This document shows, one piece after another, positions 18,330 to 50,501 of a DNA stretch of 64,000 nt. Origin of the DNA: Callorhinchus milii (Eukaryota). The position numbers were made by a program, and so were the translations under genes. The stretch is taken from the NCBI RefSeq assembly GCF_018977255.1, contig NW_024704742.1, forward strand, positions 4,838,001 to 4,902,000, written 5' to 3'. Numbering within the stretch: position 1 is the stretch's first letter; each line of letters starts with the position of its first letter. Below the pieces are notes generated by a model. The model worked only from the letters and a program-made list of their open reading frames with translations. It did not search any database and was not told where the DNA came from.

Positions 18330-19110
18330 CATTTTGAAGGAAATAAATGTTTATTCGCATGATAGGAAAGCATTCAAGAATGTGCTACACACACATTACT
18401 TGTGGCAAATATTAAGATCCGTGGAATGGATGGAAAGGCAGCTGAGTGCACAGAGTAATAGTTGAACAGTTGAAAGAGAGTGGGAACCAACAACAACAAC
18501 AAGATTACATTTGTATAGCGCTTTTCACGTCGGGACAGCATTTCAGACCCGAGCTGGGGTCAGGGGGGAGAAGGGAGGGGAGGGGAAGGGGGTGACCGAT
18601 GGCATAGTCGAGGAGGAGGGTTTTGAGGTGGGACTTGAAGGAGGCTAAGGAGGGGGCGAGGCGGAGTGATTAGGGGATGGAGTTCCAGAGGTTGGGGGCA
18701 GAGTGGCTGAAGGCTCTCCTGCCAATGGTGGGGCAGTTGGGTCGGGGGACGTGGACCAGGCCAGAGCCGGCTGAGCGGGGGAGTGGGCGGGCTGGTAGGG
18801 TGGTTTTCCCAATTGGCAGAGTGGTAGTAGCTAATGGCGTTCCTTAGGGATTCGTGTTGGGATGTTTCTTGTACCTATATACATCAATGATCTGGATGAG
18901 GAGCTGATGGAATCATATATGAATTTGTGGATGATTCTAAATTAGAAGAGATTAACAGTGAGGAAGAGTTCAGAGATATTGCACAGGTTAGATTAGTGGG
19001 CAGATTTATGGAAAATGGAATTCATTATATTTAAAAAAAAAGCAGAAGTACTGGTATTTTGGAAGAAAGTTTCACCCTGGATGATAAAATTCTTAATGGA
19101 TTAATGGAAA
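18330..19110 (+). mobile_element. Degenerate CR1-like LINE reverse-transcriptase fragment
   Basis: Decayed GVP.GS.LG, YINDLD and F.DD.KL motifs around 18836-18945. Confidence 0.6.
18488..18800 (-). mobile_element. L2 3' fragment nested in a CR1-like fragment
   Basis: (CAA)n tail, CGCTTTTCACGTCGGGAC stem-loop, reverse-complement similarity to the 3' part of 34290-35029. Confidence 0.75.
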
Positions 19111-20968
19111 TGGATTGTAACAGAAGCAGTATGTAAAGAATTCAGGAATCTAATGATTGCTGTGTCCTCCCAGGTCCTGCTGCCAAGCCTGGCTGGCTGA
19201 TTTGTCATCAGTAGTGCCTTGGAGTACTTGTCTGGCTCAGAAATTGTACCACTGAGACTGTCACAAAGGATGATCTCGACTCCGATTCTTCTTTGCCAAG
19301 TGCATCAGATGGAGCTACCTCAACAACCACAAATTACAATTGTGTAGCACCTTTCATGTCAGGAGGACGTCCCAAAGTGCTGCACGTCCCAAAGGGTACC
19401 TCAGTCCCAAGGAGACCTTTTACCCCTCTCTTGTCTCTGCAGCTCCCTCCCCACCTCTCCCAGGAGGGTAGTCAATAGTTAGTTTAAAAATAACATATCT
19501 GTTAACATTTCAAGTATGTTTTGCTTCATGCAAAACCACAAAAAACATGTAGAAACAAAACAAATCTGTTATCTGCCCCTTTCAGAAACTTGTGCCATGC
19601 ACATAACGTTTTCTACTGGCACATGACCCTCTTCCATTCAGCTGTACGTAAACTAGGACAAAGCTCACTTTCTCCAGTTTCAGCAGCAGTATTCGCTGTT
19701 GGTCAGCATGATGGAAAGTTGTAACACAACCATATCAGAGATTTTTGTCAATATTTTAACTATTTGCTATAATCTGTCATTGTGAGAATTCTTCTAAAAC
19801 TTTTTTTTTTGAACCTGCTGGAGTTTTTTTCAATGCAGGTTTGCCTTGGTTTGGTTCTTGTATAGGGTTCCTGTGACAACCAAAGATTTCCGCGCAAGCA
19901 ATGAAGAGGTACATGTGCATCAGCCTGGCTTTGAACCCTGAGTCAGAAGGTTGTAGGTCCAAGCCTCACGTCGGAACTTTGGAGTCACAACCTACGCTGA
20001 CACTCTTAATGCAGTGCTGGGAGAGCCGTCCTAAGCAGGAGCATTAAACTGAGGACTTGTCTGTTCGTTCATTCAAGATCCCATGGCACTGTTTCAAAAG
20101 GAAAGGGAGTTGGTGTCTTGGCTATCAATTCCCCCAAAAGATTGGTTATTCACTTTGTGGTTGTGCACAAATTGGTTGCCATATTTCCACACAAAATTTA
20201 ACTTATAATGAATTCTGTGAAGTGCTTTGAGGTGTCATTCCTGAGCTGAAAGGAGCATATTGTATATTGTAAGCTAGGATCATTACATTTATACAAAGCT
20301 CTAGGGATACAGTGACCCCCTATAAAGGTATAAATCTATAGCTCAAACCTATCCAATCATTTGAAGAATGACAGAAGACTTAGTTGAAATTCTGCAACAG
20401 TAAGAATGGAGGATGTTCTGGATAGATGAGGAAAGTGACAAATGGAGTTCTGCAAGGATCTATAATGGAATAATTGCTTATTTTTGGACTCTTATAATAA
20501 TGGAGAATATTTATGGAATATTATTTTGCTAATGATATATTGACACCTAGTTGAATTTAAGATGCATAAATGCATTGCTGGTGGAAGTTCTCCCACCAAT
20601 TTTCCCAGTCGGGACAATATAACCAAACTATTTAGTTCTTCTCCAGGTTTAAAACAAAGGACACAGGCTTAAATTATATATCTCAAGTGGAATTAGAAGA
20701 CATTAGGATCTATTATACTTCATTTGTATACATGTACGGAGGAAATTAGACGTGCCCTTGATTAAATTATTAACGAATGAGAGAGAATGGTTAATTATGT
20801 AATTAGGCGTATGTAAGTCACTCTTTACAAGTGTTTTTACACATGATTTACAAAACTCAGAATACACGTTGATACGATTCAAATTTTTTCATTGTCCTGG
20901 ATAACTTGCCAATAAAATTATTCTCTTCTCATGATGAATTTAACTACGCATAAAGATCTTGAAGAATG

Positions 20969-21225
20969 GCGAAACCTTGGGCAAGGGCGAAACCTTGGGC
21001 AAGTTTCCTTACTCCACACGCCTAATAATAATCCCTCCAAAAACAATAATAAAAAATTGGTCATTTTCAATCTACGACTGTTTGTAGGACACTGCTGTGC
21101 GCAATTGGCTGCCGCGTTTGCTCACAAATATACAGTCAATTCACTATACAGTATATTCTGTGAAGCGCTTTGGGACGTCTAGAAGATGTGAAAAGCGCTG
21201 TATCAAATGCAAGGATTATTATTAT
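20969..21225 (+). mobile_element. Deu-type SINE, 5'-truncated
   Basis: Body and tail match 13062-13368; duplicated GGCGAAACCTTGGGCAAG at the 5' end. Confidence 0.8.
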
Positions 21226-22020
21226 AATGGATTCACAGCCTATGTCAGAAGTTTTTTGAGTAGTACCTTTAGCAATACCTCATTTTCTCTTTCACAAAGA
21301 GTGCGTGTGTGTAAAAAAAAATTGGGAGAAGTCCACAGATTTCCTGTTCAGATTAAAGGACATAGAATCATAGAACCTTACAGCACAGAAGGAGGGCATT
21401 CGGCCCGTTGTGCCTCTGCCGGCTCTTTGAAAGAGCTACCCAACTAGTTCTACAGTCATTGCACTGAATTTTTTGTAGCCCTGAAGCCCCTTTTTGATGC
21501 TGAGGAAAACTAGCAGTAGGTCCATTCAGCCCTAATTTATCATGGCCCTTGACAACTTGAACGTTTATTAAAGCTTTAACTCTAGAGTAGGAAATGTTTA
21601 ACCTGCCATGGATGTAAATAAATCATTTTCATTCTGATGTTTTGTGGATACAGTAAACTTGAAAATGCTATAAATGTAATTTAGTCACTGCTATAAGTGT
21701 ACAATACATTTCTGCATTCTGTCTCATTTAAAATATTATTGCACTGAAGTTGAGGTGAAAAAGCAAACGTTAAATAGTTTTTAAATGCATTTTCAGTCTG
21801 CACATTCAGTTTTGAATACAAATTGATGCTGAATTTGGTTTTCCCAATACAATTGAAACTGGATAATTGTGTAAACGTGGATTTTCAAGTCAATTTATTA
21901 CCTGTATGTAGAGTCTAAATGTCTTAATTGGCATTTAGTCAGACCTAGTTAGACCCTGTATACTGCTTCTCCATGTAATGCAGGCAGACTCTGGACCTAC
22001 AATATACGAAGTACAGTAGT

Positions 22021-22435
22021 GTGTCAGCCCGACTTAGTTGGTCACATGCTCACATATGGGCTATGGATTCAAGCCCCAGGTCGGGACTTGAACTCGCGTT
22101 AGTCTAAGATGACTGTGGTGGTGGGTCTGTTGCAATGTCAGGGGTGCCATCCTTCAAATGAGATGTTAAACTGAACCCCATCTGCCTGTACAGGTGGATG
22201 TTAAAGATCCTATGGCACTACTTGAAAATTGAAGGGAGTTCCTTCTGGAGTTTTGGCCAACAATCCCTCAAATAAAATTGGTCATTCACTTCATAGTTGT
22301 TTGGGGGCATCGCTTTGCACAATTGCTTTGCGTGTTTCCCTACAAATACGCAGTCATTTCCATGTACAGTATATCCTGTAAAGTCCTCCCGATGTGCAAG
22401 GCACTATATCAAATTCAAGGATTATTTATTTATTA
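22021..22435 (+). mobile_element. Older Deu-type SINE of a second family
   Basis: GTGTCAGCC..AGTTGG head, GATGTTAAAC..CTGCCTG..AGGTGGATGTTAAAGATCC..TGGCACTA core; related fragments near 19935-20275 and 28813-28935. Confidence 0.65.
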
Positions 22436-23027
22436 TGACACTTGGTCGCCGAATAACCCACAAGCACAGAAGGCCTTCCAGGTTCAGTGACGTCCCTACT
22501 GACCAGACGGCCTTCTACGCACGTATGTGACCACATCGACAGCCTGATGATGAAGAACCGCTGACCAGCAGCCAAACTATAAATGTGATTCCTTATAACG
22601 CAGGGTCTTATAACATGGTGGTTTGGGTCCATAAAATAACAGGCTACAATATTTTAAAATTGCAGATATTCACGTGGCAGTATTGTACATGTTTTAATGA
22701 GCAGGCACTGTAATTGCCATGCTTCCAAATTGGTAACAGTTGTTAGAAATAAAGGGCAATCAATCATTTTATAATGCAGTGGGTTAGAGCTCCATGTAGT
22801 CCATTGTCTAAAGAGCTTCGAGGTGTTCATCCTATGTGAAGGTGCAAGTATGTTTGTTAATATTTTTTGACTTGCTGGTCAAACTATTTAAGCAAATCGT
22901 AATGTACAAATGTCTTGGTTTCCTTCTAGAACAAATTTTGCTGTTTTTTCTTGTACTTTCATCTGTTGCATGTCGAGCATTGCATGGTTGGAACTAACAT
23001 CCTTTTCCTCTTCCTATTTCATTCAAG

Positions 23028-38175
<15,148 letters not shown>

Positions 38176-41100
38176 TCGTTTGTCTCGCATTAACCTGTAT
38201 AGAGTGGTGATTTTTAATGATTTGCTGATTTGGAATTTTGTGCGGTATATGGAATGGTTTACATGGGTTTGATTTGTTGGACCATTCCCATTTTTCAATT
38301 TTCCTGTTCTTTCACATCTGCTTATGACCAAAATTTTGTCTCGGGCAAAGGTTGTTCGTACATAACTCAGGGTTAAACCTGTGGCCAGTCCTCCATGCAC
38401 CATTTTCTGTCAATTTCCTAACATCCATGGTATTAAGTATTTTTGACAGGCAACTTGTTTCTTTCACCCTCCACACGCACACACAGACACACGCTTGTAA
38501 TCTTGATACTTTCTCTGACTCAGAAGAGCAACACCATGTCACCAAAGGAATCATAATCATTCCATGGCTTGATGTAAGGGGTTGGCTTTCTAGAATAAAG
38601 GCGGATTATTTCTTGAGAGTGGGGTAGCTGTACCAGAGTGGTAGAGAATTGACAAAATGTGTTGCGTTGTTGTTAATCATGGAGTTGAAATCCATGGTTG
38701 CAGCATTATCGAGAGAACCAGAGCCGTAATGCTAAGAATCCCCTTAAATATGCACTCCCTGTATTGTAACCGGATGGTGCGAACTATACTATAAATAGAG
38801 TAAGGTGTGAGCAATCACAACTTTGAGCAAAAGCTTCCATTATTTGAACGAGAAATCGCATACCAGTATCGTGGTAAATTTGACCAGCATCTGAAATGAT
38901 TACATTTCCAGGCCTGAAATAATCATAAATAGTGTTTGCCTTGTCTTGCATTTGGCTTTAGATTATTTAGGTAACACTGAATGTGGAAATCTTTTAAAGC
39001 AAATTGACAGTATGTTCGGAGTTTAAAAGTGAAGCATTTATGATGTGTTACTTTTACTAGAGTGTTATAGTTTGTTGGACTGGGTGGACATATTTGACCT
39101 TTGTCTAGGTTGAAAAAGTTTAATGCAGTCATCTATCTACGTTCCGCATGAAATGATTGAATTGAGATCCGTTCTAAGAGAGCTTGTAATGACCCGGATT
39201 GTGCTTGGGATTCTCCAAGGTAATACAAGCAACCTGTATTGTAAAAAGTCTTAACTGAAATTTATTTTGGTATAGTTACATTTGGAGCGTGTTCAGTGAC
39301 TGTACACTTGTATAAGTATACAAGTGTCAATTAGCATGTGTTGTTATCATGTGACTCTGCTTCAAAATCCGAGGGCTGAGGTTTATGTAGTTGACTGAAT
39401 TTAGCCCAGTCTGATTTTAAATTCAATCCAGGGCTCAGATTTATCAGGCAGTTTTATTATGATATCAGCATTTTTTGTAAACTAATTAATCTTTTTTCCT
39501 ACTGTGCTGCCAGATTCTGCTATTCTACACAACTACTTGTAAACCATTCCCAGGCTGTGCTTCTATGCACTGAAACCCCTTCATTTACGTTATTTCCCAT
39601 CCAGTCTGTTCATAACATCCAAAACTGTCAGAATGCATCTCATTACAATTTCTCATCATTATTAATTTTCTTCATTTACTCTTGGTCTGAATTCCAACCA
39701 GAAAGTGTAATGTGATTTCTGCATTTTAATACCTTCAGTTTTCCTCCAATTTGTATTGGAGTTAGTTGGTTATAAACGAGTACATTTGATGTTAAGTGTG
39801 ACTATTGTGGTTAAATAAGTCACTACAATAATAATAATAAATAAGTCACTACAATGTTAATAATAATACAATAATAATAATAATTATTAGATGCTGTTCA
39901 GGCTTGCATTTGGACTGAAGGACTGACTGATTAGCATGTAGCTGAATACATATCACTTGAAATAGTTGGACTTCCAGACCATTTCAATTGTTCCTTTACA
40001 TTTCAATTTCCTAATGCTTGGATATATTTTATTATTGTTTGATTTGTTTACTAATAAAACTGCATTACTATATTTTGTAATGGTTCTAATAGTGAGATTT
40101 TTTAATTAAGTGTTTTGAAGGACTCATAATTACTGAATACTATTCAGGGTAGCTTTGCTAAAATGCTATTTGCATACATGTGTATGTGTGGAGAAGGAAT
40201 TTGTTTTGATAACAACTATGGCTTTAGATTTAGACAATGGTTCCATATTCAAGGATGCCAGGTAAATATTTCAGCATTGAAAATTAATTGGATTTCTTGT
40301 GGCAGTATGTTTTGGAGTTAGTTACCTGCGGATTATGATGTCTTTAGACTTGCCTTCTGTTTGTATGAGCCATGTGACATCAAGTTAATTGGATTGGGTA
40401 CTTGCCGAAATTAACCCGCAGTGCAACAACTTTCTGTGGATGTTTAAAAGGCAATGGACTGGTTCTTTCTTAACTCATCATGTTTCCTCAAATGCATGCT
40501 TTGCTGTTAAACACTAAATATAAAATGTAAGTAATCCTATGATTATCACATACCATTCTATAGTGTGGGCTATAAACACTTACAGATTCAGAATTTGGCT
40601 ACCTGTAACAGATGTTTTATAATTTCTGTGCAATCCACCTTAATAGCAAAATATTGGCTCTATTGAATGCTAGACACTGCTAGATTCAACTAAAGTATTG
40701 ATTCTATTTAACAGCTTTTTGGAGTTGTGTGCCTTCTGTGTATAGTTTTATATAGTCGTGTACTTCTGCTTGCCAGTAAAATATGATTATTTTTATTTCA
40801 TGGTTCGAACAGATAATGCTATCAGGATGAATATATAAATGGGTATGTGGTCATGGATTTTTTTAAGCCTCTTCTATAGTTAATTGAATTTGAACTATAA
40901 ATTAATCTTGTGTCAACTGTTCATAGAAACTCCTGTAAATTGGGTAATGTGTTGGACTTTACACAAAGGATGCAAAAGCAGAACATTGTTTGGTTCATTT
41001 TGAGCTGAAACCTTTACACATTTCTGGACCGAAAGATGCCATAAGGCTTCACCCAGCTAGATGTTTACCTGATTACAATACCTGTACTTGTGTAAGCAGA

Positions 41101-44100
41101 ACACTATACTGTCTTAAAAGCAAGTGTCAAGTTTAATCCAACAATACCTATCCTTTTCCAAGAGTTTTAAACTCTGTGCTGCGATGTTTTCGAGGAACCT
41201 AATGAGTAACTTAACACAATATGTGTGGGGAAAGGGGGGAGGAGTGGCAGTGTCCACGCTGTTTATGCCTGGGATGACCTGGATAACACTGGGATGAGCT
41301 GTATAACATTAGTAGTACAATGCTCAGCTACAGAGTAAAAATATTTATGGGGATGTTGTCCTACAAAGAATGAACTAAATTATATAGAAACTTCCTTTCA
41401 GCCCACCTTAAAATAGTAATAAATATGCAAAGTTACCTACCTTTATTTCAACAACTGCACATGGTTTAAAACACTTTGTAAGGGATTATTTTTGAATAAA
41501 CTGACTTAATAGATTGTTTCCCCTTTAATAAGGGGAACGTTGTATTTGCTGCTACTATTGCTAAGTGGAATATTATTCACTAACCCTACAAACTGCAACT
41601 GCTGAGAAAACCCACTATTACACACCTTTGCTATGCAGTTTCAACAGTAGTTGAACTAATTACTCAGGGTAGAAATTACCAAATATAAAGCGAAAAGAAA
41701 ACGGATCATGGCATCTGCACAATAAAATTTGCTTTGAAAATTGTATTTGTTTCACAATTAATGTACATATTTGTAGAACGTGTTTCTTAAAGCTTTAGTC
41801 CGAAAGTAGATACTGGAGGCGATACGTAATCAATAAGTAATGGGTACTTTTTTTAATCCTAGTTACACGCTTTCTTTAGAAGCTTATTTATTATTTAAGA
41901 CCTTCATCAATTTCAGAAGAGCAGCCGGATCAGGTGTGGGGATTGTCTGTTGTGTTAAATGTAGTGTTTTAGCTCTCTTTTGAGATTGAGTATCTGAGAC
42001 TTTAATGGAGCATTGAAATTATGGCTTTTTCAACAACAAATTTATAAACTGTTAATCAAAGTACATTATTAATATACATGTCTTAAATGGATCATAGAAT
42101 CTAAATTCTTTCAACTAGTTTTCGTTTTTGGACATAGAACCAAAAAGGTTTGAGATCTGTCCTCAACTAAATGTACCGTGGATTGTGGGGGAACAGTTCA
42201 AAATTTATATTATCCTTTCGTGTAACCAACTGGCAACTATTGACCTTAACTTCAGCCAAGCTTTATATGCCAGCAGAATATCGTAAAAATGTTTGCTTTC
42301 AAATGCCCTTTAAACCCCACACCTGTTAAATATTGACAGTACAAGGGTTTTGAGCTTAACTCTGGGTTTTAATAATATAACCAAGTGTTTTCAGTAATTG
42401 CACACAATTGAATTGTGAGAGACGCATGTGTATCTTTAGTGACTGGGTTATCCGAGGACCAAGAACGTACAGATATTCACTTGTCTGTCTTGTAAATACG
42501 GTCAGGTCATAGGTGCAGTTTTGGAGGAAATTTATATTTGTATTCCGGTTCAGATGCTGCAGTGAATTCTTGCCCTCCAGGGGATAAGATTCCATGAACA
42601 TCACAGTTTGCAATTCACAAAGTAAGTCAAATCTTAATTTGCAAATTTCTCTAGCATCAAGATAACCCCCTCCCCCCATTGCTATTGAGGATACAGTATT
42701 CAGAAATCGTCCTGTTTTGTAATATAATAATCCTTACATTTGATGTAGTGCCTTATGTTGTTGAGATTCTCATAGCGTTTCACAGGATATACTGTGAAGT
42801 GGTGGGACTGAGTATTTTGTGGGTGAATGCGTCAGCCAATTTGCCCACAGCAATGTACCACAAACAGCCATGGAGTGGGTGACCCAAATTTTTGAGTGAT
42901 TTGGTCAGGAGACCAGGAGAAACTTACTTAACAAATAGTGCCATGGGATCCTTAACATCCACCTGGACAGGCAGACGGAACCTCAGATGAGGCATGGAGG
43001 TGATGGGTTCATAGAGCCTAATGCGGGAATTTCAGAGATCCGGATGATCTGTAACAACAATAAGTTGCGTTTATATAGTGTCTTTCATGGCGGGAGTAGG
43101 TCCCAAGCCACTGGACAAGTCGAGGGTCACCCCCGAGCTGGAGGTTAGATTCAACTGGGATGGGGTGCAAGGGTGATAGGGCTGGGAAGGTCAAAAGGTC
43201 TTGAGACGGACCTTGAAGGAGGCAAGGGAAGGAGCACGGAAAGGGTCTCCGGGGTGGAGTTCTAGAGAGTTGGGAAGTCTAGAGAGCTGAATTGGCATAC
43301 TCTAGGGTGCACGTAATGAGTGTATGGATAAAGGGACTCGGTAGCTAAAGGGACAGGTGGTGAAGGTGGGAGAAAGATGAATGGGTCAGAGCACAGGTTT
43401 AAGGGGCAGTTGAGTGATGATCAAGACTAATAACATGGTGCCATGGGATCTTTAGCATACGCCTGAACAGTTAAATGGGACCTCAGTTTAAGGTCATAAA
43501 ATACACAATCCAAGGGATAGCAACGCCAACGATACAGTGCATACCCAGCAATGCGGTGTCACCTCCCACAGGGTGCTCCAACTGGCGGCCAGCGGGCCGA
43601 TTTCATCCCCCACCCTCCCTCCATTTCATCTGGCCCACCCTCTCCCTCCATAACCCGTAAATGTTGTTTCTGGAAGAGGAAGACACAAAAATATTAATTC
43701 TGTGCCCCGTGGAGTTTCTCCAATAGGGCATCTGTCCCTCAACAGCCTGAGGTTGGACCATCCTGGACGTGAATTCAAAAGTGCAGTCTTGGGATTTGAA
43801 CTCATAATCTTCCGGCTCAAGAGACCGGAGCGCTGCCGATTAAATGAGGCTAACTAAGTGTTTAATGTAGTGCCCTGAAATTCACGTAGTATAATGTCTT
43901 AACGCACTTCACAAAGGTGGGGTCCAATATTGAGCAAGGAAGAAGGGGGATCATAGGCATGGGGTTTTTGGTGGGATTTAAAGATGGATATGGAGAGGGG
44001 GTAAAGAACAAAATAATAATAACCATTGCATTCGATACAGCGCCTTATCGCGTCATTGAGACGTCTCAAAGAGGTAGGGTTTTGGTGAGATTTAGAGACC

Positions 44101-44649
44101 AGTACGAGGTGGGGCAGGGACCAATGAATAGTATGGTTAGAGCACTCGCTTTGCCAGTGAGAGACCTGGGTTCAATTCCAGGCAGAGGGCGAAACCTTGG
44201 GCAAGTTTCCTTACTCCACACAGAGCCTAATAATAATCCCTCCAAAACCAAAAACAATAATAAATTGGTCATTTTCAATCTACGACTGTTTGTGGGACAT
44301 TGCTGTGCGCAATTGGCTGCCGCGTTCGCCCACAAATATACAGTCAATTCACTTTACAGTGTGTTCTGTGAAGCGCTTTGGGACGTCCTCCCGACGTGAG
44401 AAGCGCTATATCAAATGCAAGGATTATTATTATCCTTGCATTTGATGTAGCGCCTTATCACGCCGTTGAGATTGAGACGTCTCAAAGCGCTTCACAGAAT
44501 ACACAGCCAAGTGGATTGTGGATTTTGTGGGCGAAAACAGGGAAGAGCAAGGACTCGCAGAGGTTAGTAATAAATAATAGCCCCTCGCATTTGATACAGG
44601 TGCCTTATCAGGTCTTCAAGACAACAACAACAAGATTTCATTTGTAGAG

Positions 44650-45800
44650 CGCCTTTCACGCCGGGAGGACGTCCCGAGGCGCTGGACAGTTGGGTCAGGT
44701 TGGGTGGGGAAACGGTCAGGGTGAGGGGAGGGGGGGGAGGGAGGGAGCGAAGACGTTCTCGGAGCGCTCCACAGAACATAGCGTTGGGGCGAAGCGACCG
44801 TATCTTGCGGGCGGAGCGCGGGGGGAGCCAATCGCGCACGGCAGCGTCCCCGCAAACAGCTGCGGGTTGCGTCACCAAATTATCGTGATATTTTTTTTTG
44901 GGGGGGGGTGGGGGGTGACCATGACCAAATTAAATGGATGCAGTGGTTGGTGGTTGGTGGTTGATGTTGAGATGAAGTGGGGAGTGGTGGTGGGGGGGGG
45001 GAGCAGGCAGCTCTCTGTCGCCTCCCTTGCGGTGCGAAGTGTGTATTACACCCACACACACGCACGCACGCGCAGAGCGTGCGAGGTGAGGCCGAGCGGG
45101 CGAGTCACGTGGGTGCGGGCGGAGGCGTCACGTGCCTGCCGCCGCCGCGCATGCGCCGCAAAGGCAAAGGAGGGTTCAGCGCGCGCGGCGACCGTTGGGC
45201 GTCTTCTCGTCCCCGCGAGTGAGCGGAGGCGTCGCCGCCGCCGCCGCCCGACCGCGGCCTGTCCTGTCCTGTGCCTCACCGGCACCGGCGTCAGGTCAGT
45301 GACTCCCAGGTTGACGTGTACGTTTACCGGCTCTCTCTGTGACGGTCTCCAGGGGCCTGAGCCAAGCGGGTCACCGGGGGTGGGGTGGGGGGGGCCTCCC
45401 GAGGGCCGACTGACCCCCGGGCCCCCGGGACTGGCACTGGTCAGCAGGACCCTGGAAGGGACAGACCAGTCACTTTTAAGGGGCGTCGCTGCACTCGGCT
45501 CCCGGTAATCGCCCGCCCGCGGGTCACAGCCCTGAGCCGGAGCGGCGGCGGCGGCGGCGCTTTCCCGCCCGTCATTACCGACACAACCACCGAACTGTCA
45601 TCGGTGAAGCCGCCTCTCACAGCGGTGGGGGAGGGGGGAGGGGGGGGGGCGTCCCAAGGCGCTGCACGGTCAGGGATTAGGACCTGGGAAGAGGGGGAGG
45701 GGGTGACCCCGTTACCCCACCGTTAACCCACCGTTACAGCAGCAGCAGCAACAGGTCCAACGCGACGCAACGCGGCGGCAACAAAAAAAAACGCCGCCCC
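44650..45800 (+). promoter_or_regulatory. CpG island, probable sialidase promoter and non-coding exon 1 (copy 2)
   Basis: GTCACGTG at 45104 and 45127, GCGCATGCGC at 45147, donor CAG|GTCAGT at 45295. Confidence 0.7.
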
Positions 45801-47160
45801 TCACATCATCATAATAATTCATAATTAATAATAATGATAATAATCCTCGCGTTTGATACGGCGCCTTATCGCGTCTTCTCGACCTCTCAAAGCGCTTCGC
45901 AGTTTAGAGGGTCGAGTGAATTGACCGGATGTTTGGGGGCCAAACGCGGCAGCCGGTTGCGCGCGGCTATTATATATATATTATTATATATAGTATATAT
46001 ATTATATTATAGCATATCATAGCTATAATATAATATGTTGTATATAATACATATATACATTATATATAATATACATATTATATTATAGCATATCATAGCT
46101 ACGATGACATAATATATTGTATATAATACATACACACATACATTATATATACTATATATGTTATGTTATAGCATGTTATAGCTATGATAATATATATTGT
46201 ATATAATATATATATATTATATATAATACATATTATATTATAGCATGTTATAGCTGCCAAAGTTATGTTGGTTGTCGGGTGGAATTTAACGACAGACAGA
46301 GGGAGGGGGACGAGCTGGAGGGAGGGAGCACCGGAAGTTATTATAATCCTTGGGTTTGATGGAGCGCCTTATCGCACATCTTCTAGACGTCTCCGAAGCG
46401 CTTCACAGGATATACTGTAACGTGAATTTTGTGGGGGAAACGCGGCAGCCAGTTGCACGCAGCAGTGTCCCACGGATAGTCGTGGATTGAGTGCCCAAGT
46501 AATTGTTGTTGTTGTTTTTTGAAGGGATTATTACCTCCAGAAAAGCGATCCGCCAATCGAATAACAGCCGGGTTCCTGCTTACTGCTTGGTAAGTAGAGG
46601 TGTGTAGAGTAAGGCAAGTGCCCAACATTTCGCCCACGCCGGGAAGCAAACCCAGCAACAAAACGGCAGAGAGCATATGTTCTCTCAGTGTGGTGATATG
46701 CTGTCAGAACTTGTCCAATGGAGGATACGGAAGCAAGAGCAACCAATAAAGTAGGGTGAATGTGGTGCTGAGCTTGGGACAATAATACAAAGGAGCCACA
46801 TAAATAATTGTGAAAAAACAGCAGTCGTGTTTAAAGATCAGCCAGTTTTATCTCGTGCATGGGTATAAAAGGTCTGGTACAATGTGTATTTAGGTTTATT
46901 TCTCCCTCAACGTGTTTAAAATCAACAGTAAAATCATTGAGGGATCATCTGGAAAGTTAGATTCAAATAAAAGGGCAACTTAGTAATGGCCGATATGATG
47001 CATCAGTTGGCTTGTTCCATGCTGGAAATTTCCGTGTTTTCTACGTCCAAAATAAACTACAGCCTGTAGTTGGTGTGCCGTGTGGAATTCATCTTCAGTG
47101 TCTGTTTTCCTCTCTTCAGGCGCATTGATATCTATTTCATTTCAATTCTATTGCAGCGAG

Positions 47161-49680
<2,520 letters not shown>

Positions 49681-50501
49681 TTCAAACTGAAGAAGAAAAT
49701 GTGTGATTGAGGTATTGTGAAATAAAGCAAACAGTGCAAATATTTTACAATGCTGATTATACCTTAATAATAATCCTTGCATTTGATATACCGGCTTATC
49801 ATGTCTTTGGGATGTCTCAAAGCACTTCACAGGATATACTGTAAAGTGAATTGACCATATTGACATTAAATTGCATAGAGGGGAAGCAGGAAAGGAAGAA
49901 AAATATTCTTCCGCAGGTCGTATGGATCTGGTAGGATCTAATTCTAAAGGAATGTTGATTGTAGAAACCATTGTAATACCTGTGTGTAATAAATTATTAT
50001 TTATGAGTAATCCACAGCATATAATTTTCTGGAATTGTTCAGTGATGTCAAACACCATTCTGCTGCATATGTTCTAAAATGGTCAATGGAAATATTTTGA
50101 AAGAAATGGCAAAAGCAATTCAATAAAGATAAAATACAGTAAATCCTGTGAAGTGCTGTGAAATGTCCTCCTGACATGAACGATGGAAGAATTATCGGTG
50201 TTAGTTGACTTGTTCTCCAGGTGCGGACTGTGAGGCAGCAACGACAACGACGTCAAATTACATTTGCATAACGCTTTTCACGCCCTCGTGAAAGGAAATT
50301 CGAGGATATTTATTGTCCTCCTGAGTGTGTCATTTAACTCAGGACATTTAAATTTAATTTAATTTCTGTCCGGCCCTCTGGTTGACTGTTAAGGGCCACT
50401 GTGAAATGCAGCGTCGATGAAATCCCACTCCGACCGGGTCTTAATAACCCACGAGAGCACCCAAAACCGACTGAAGGGCTGCAGAAGGACACTCGAGACT
50501 G

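Noticed and set aside
22468..22516. Hairpin AGAAGGCC...GGCCTTCT as a miRNA or snoRNA
   Set aside because: Short, heavily bulged stem with no H/ACA or C/D boxes in proper positions.
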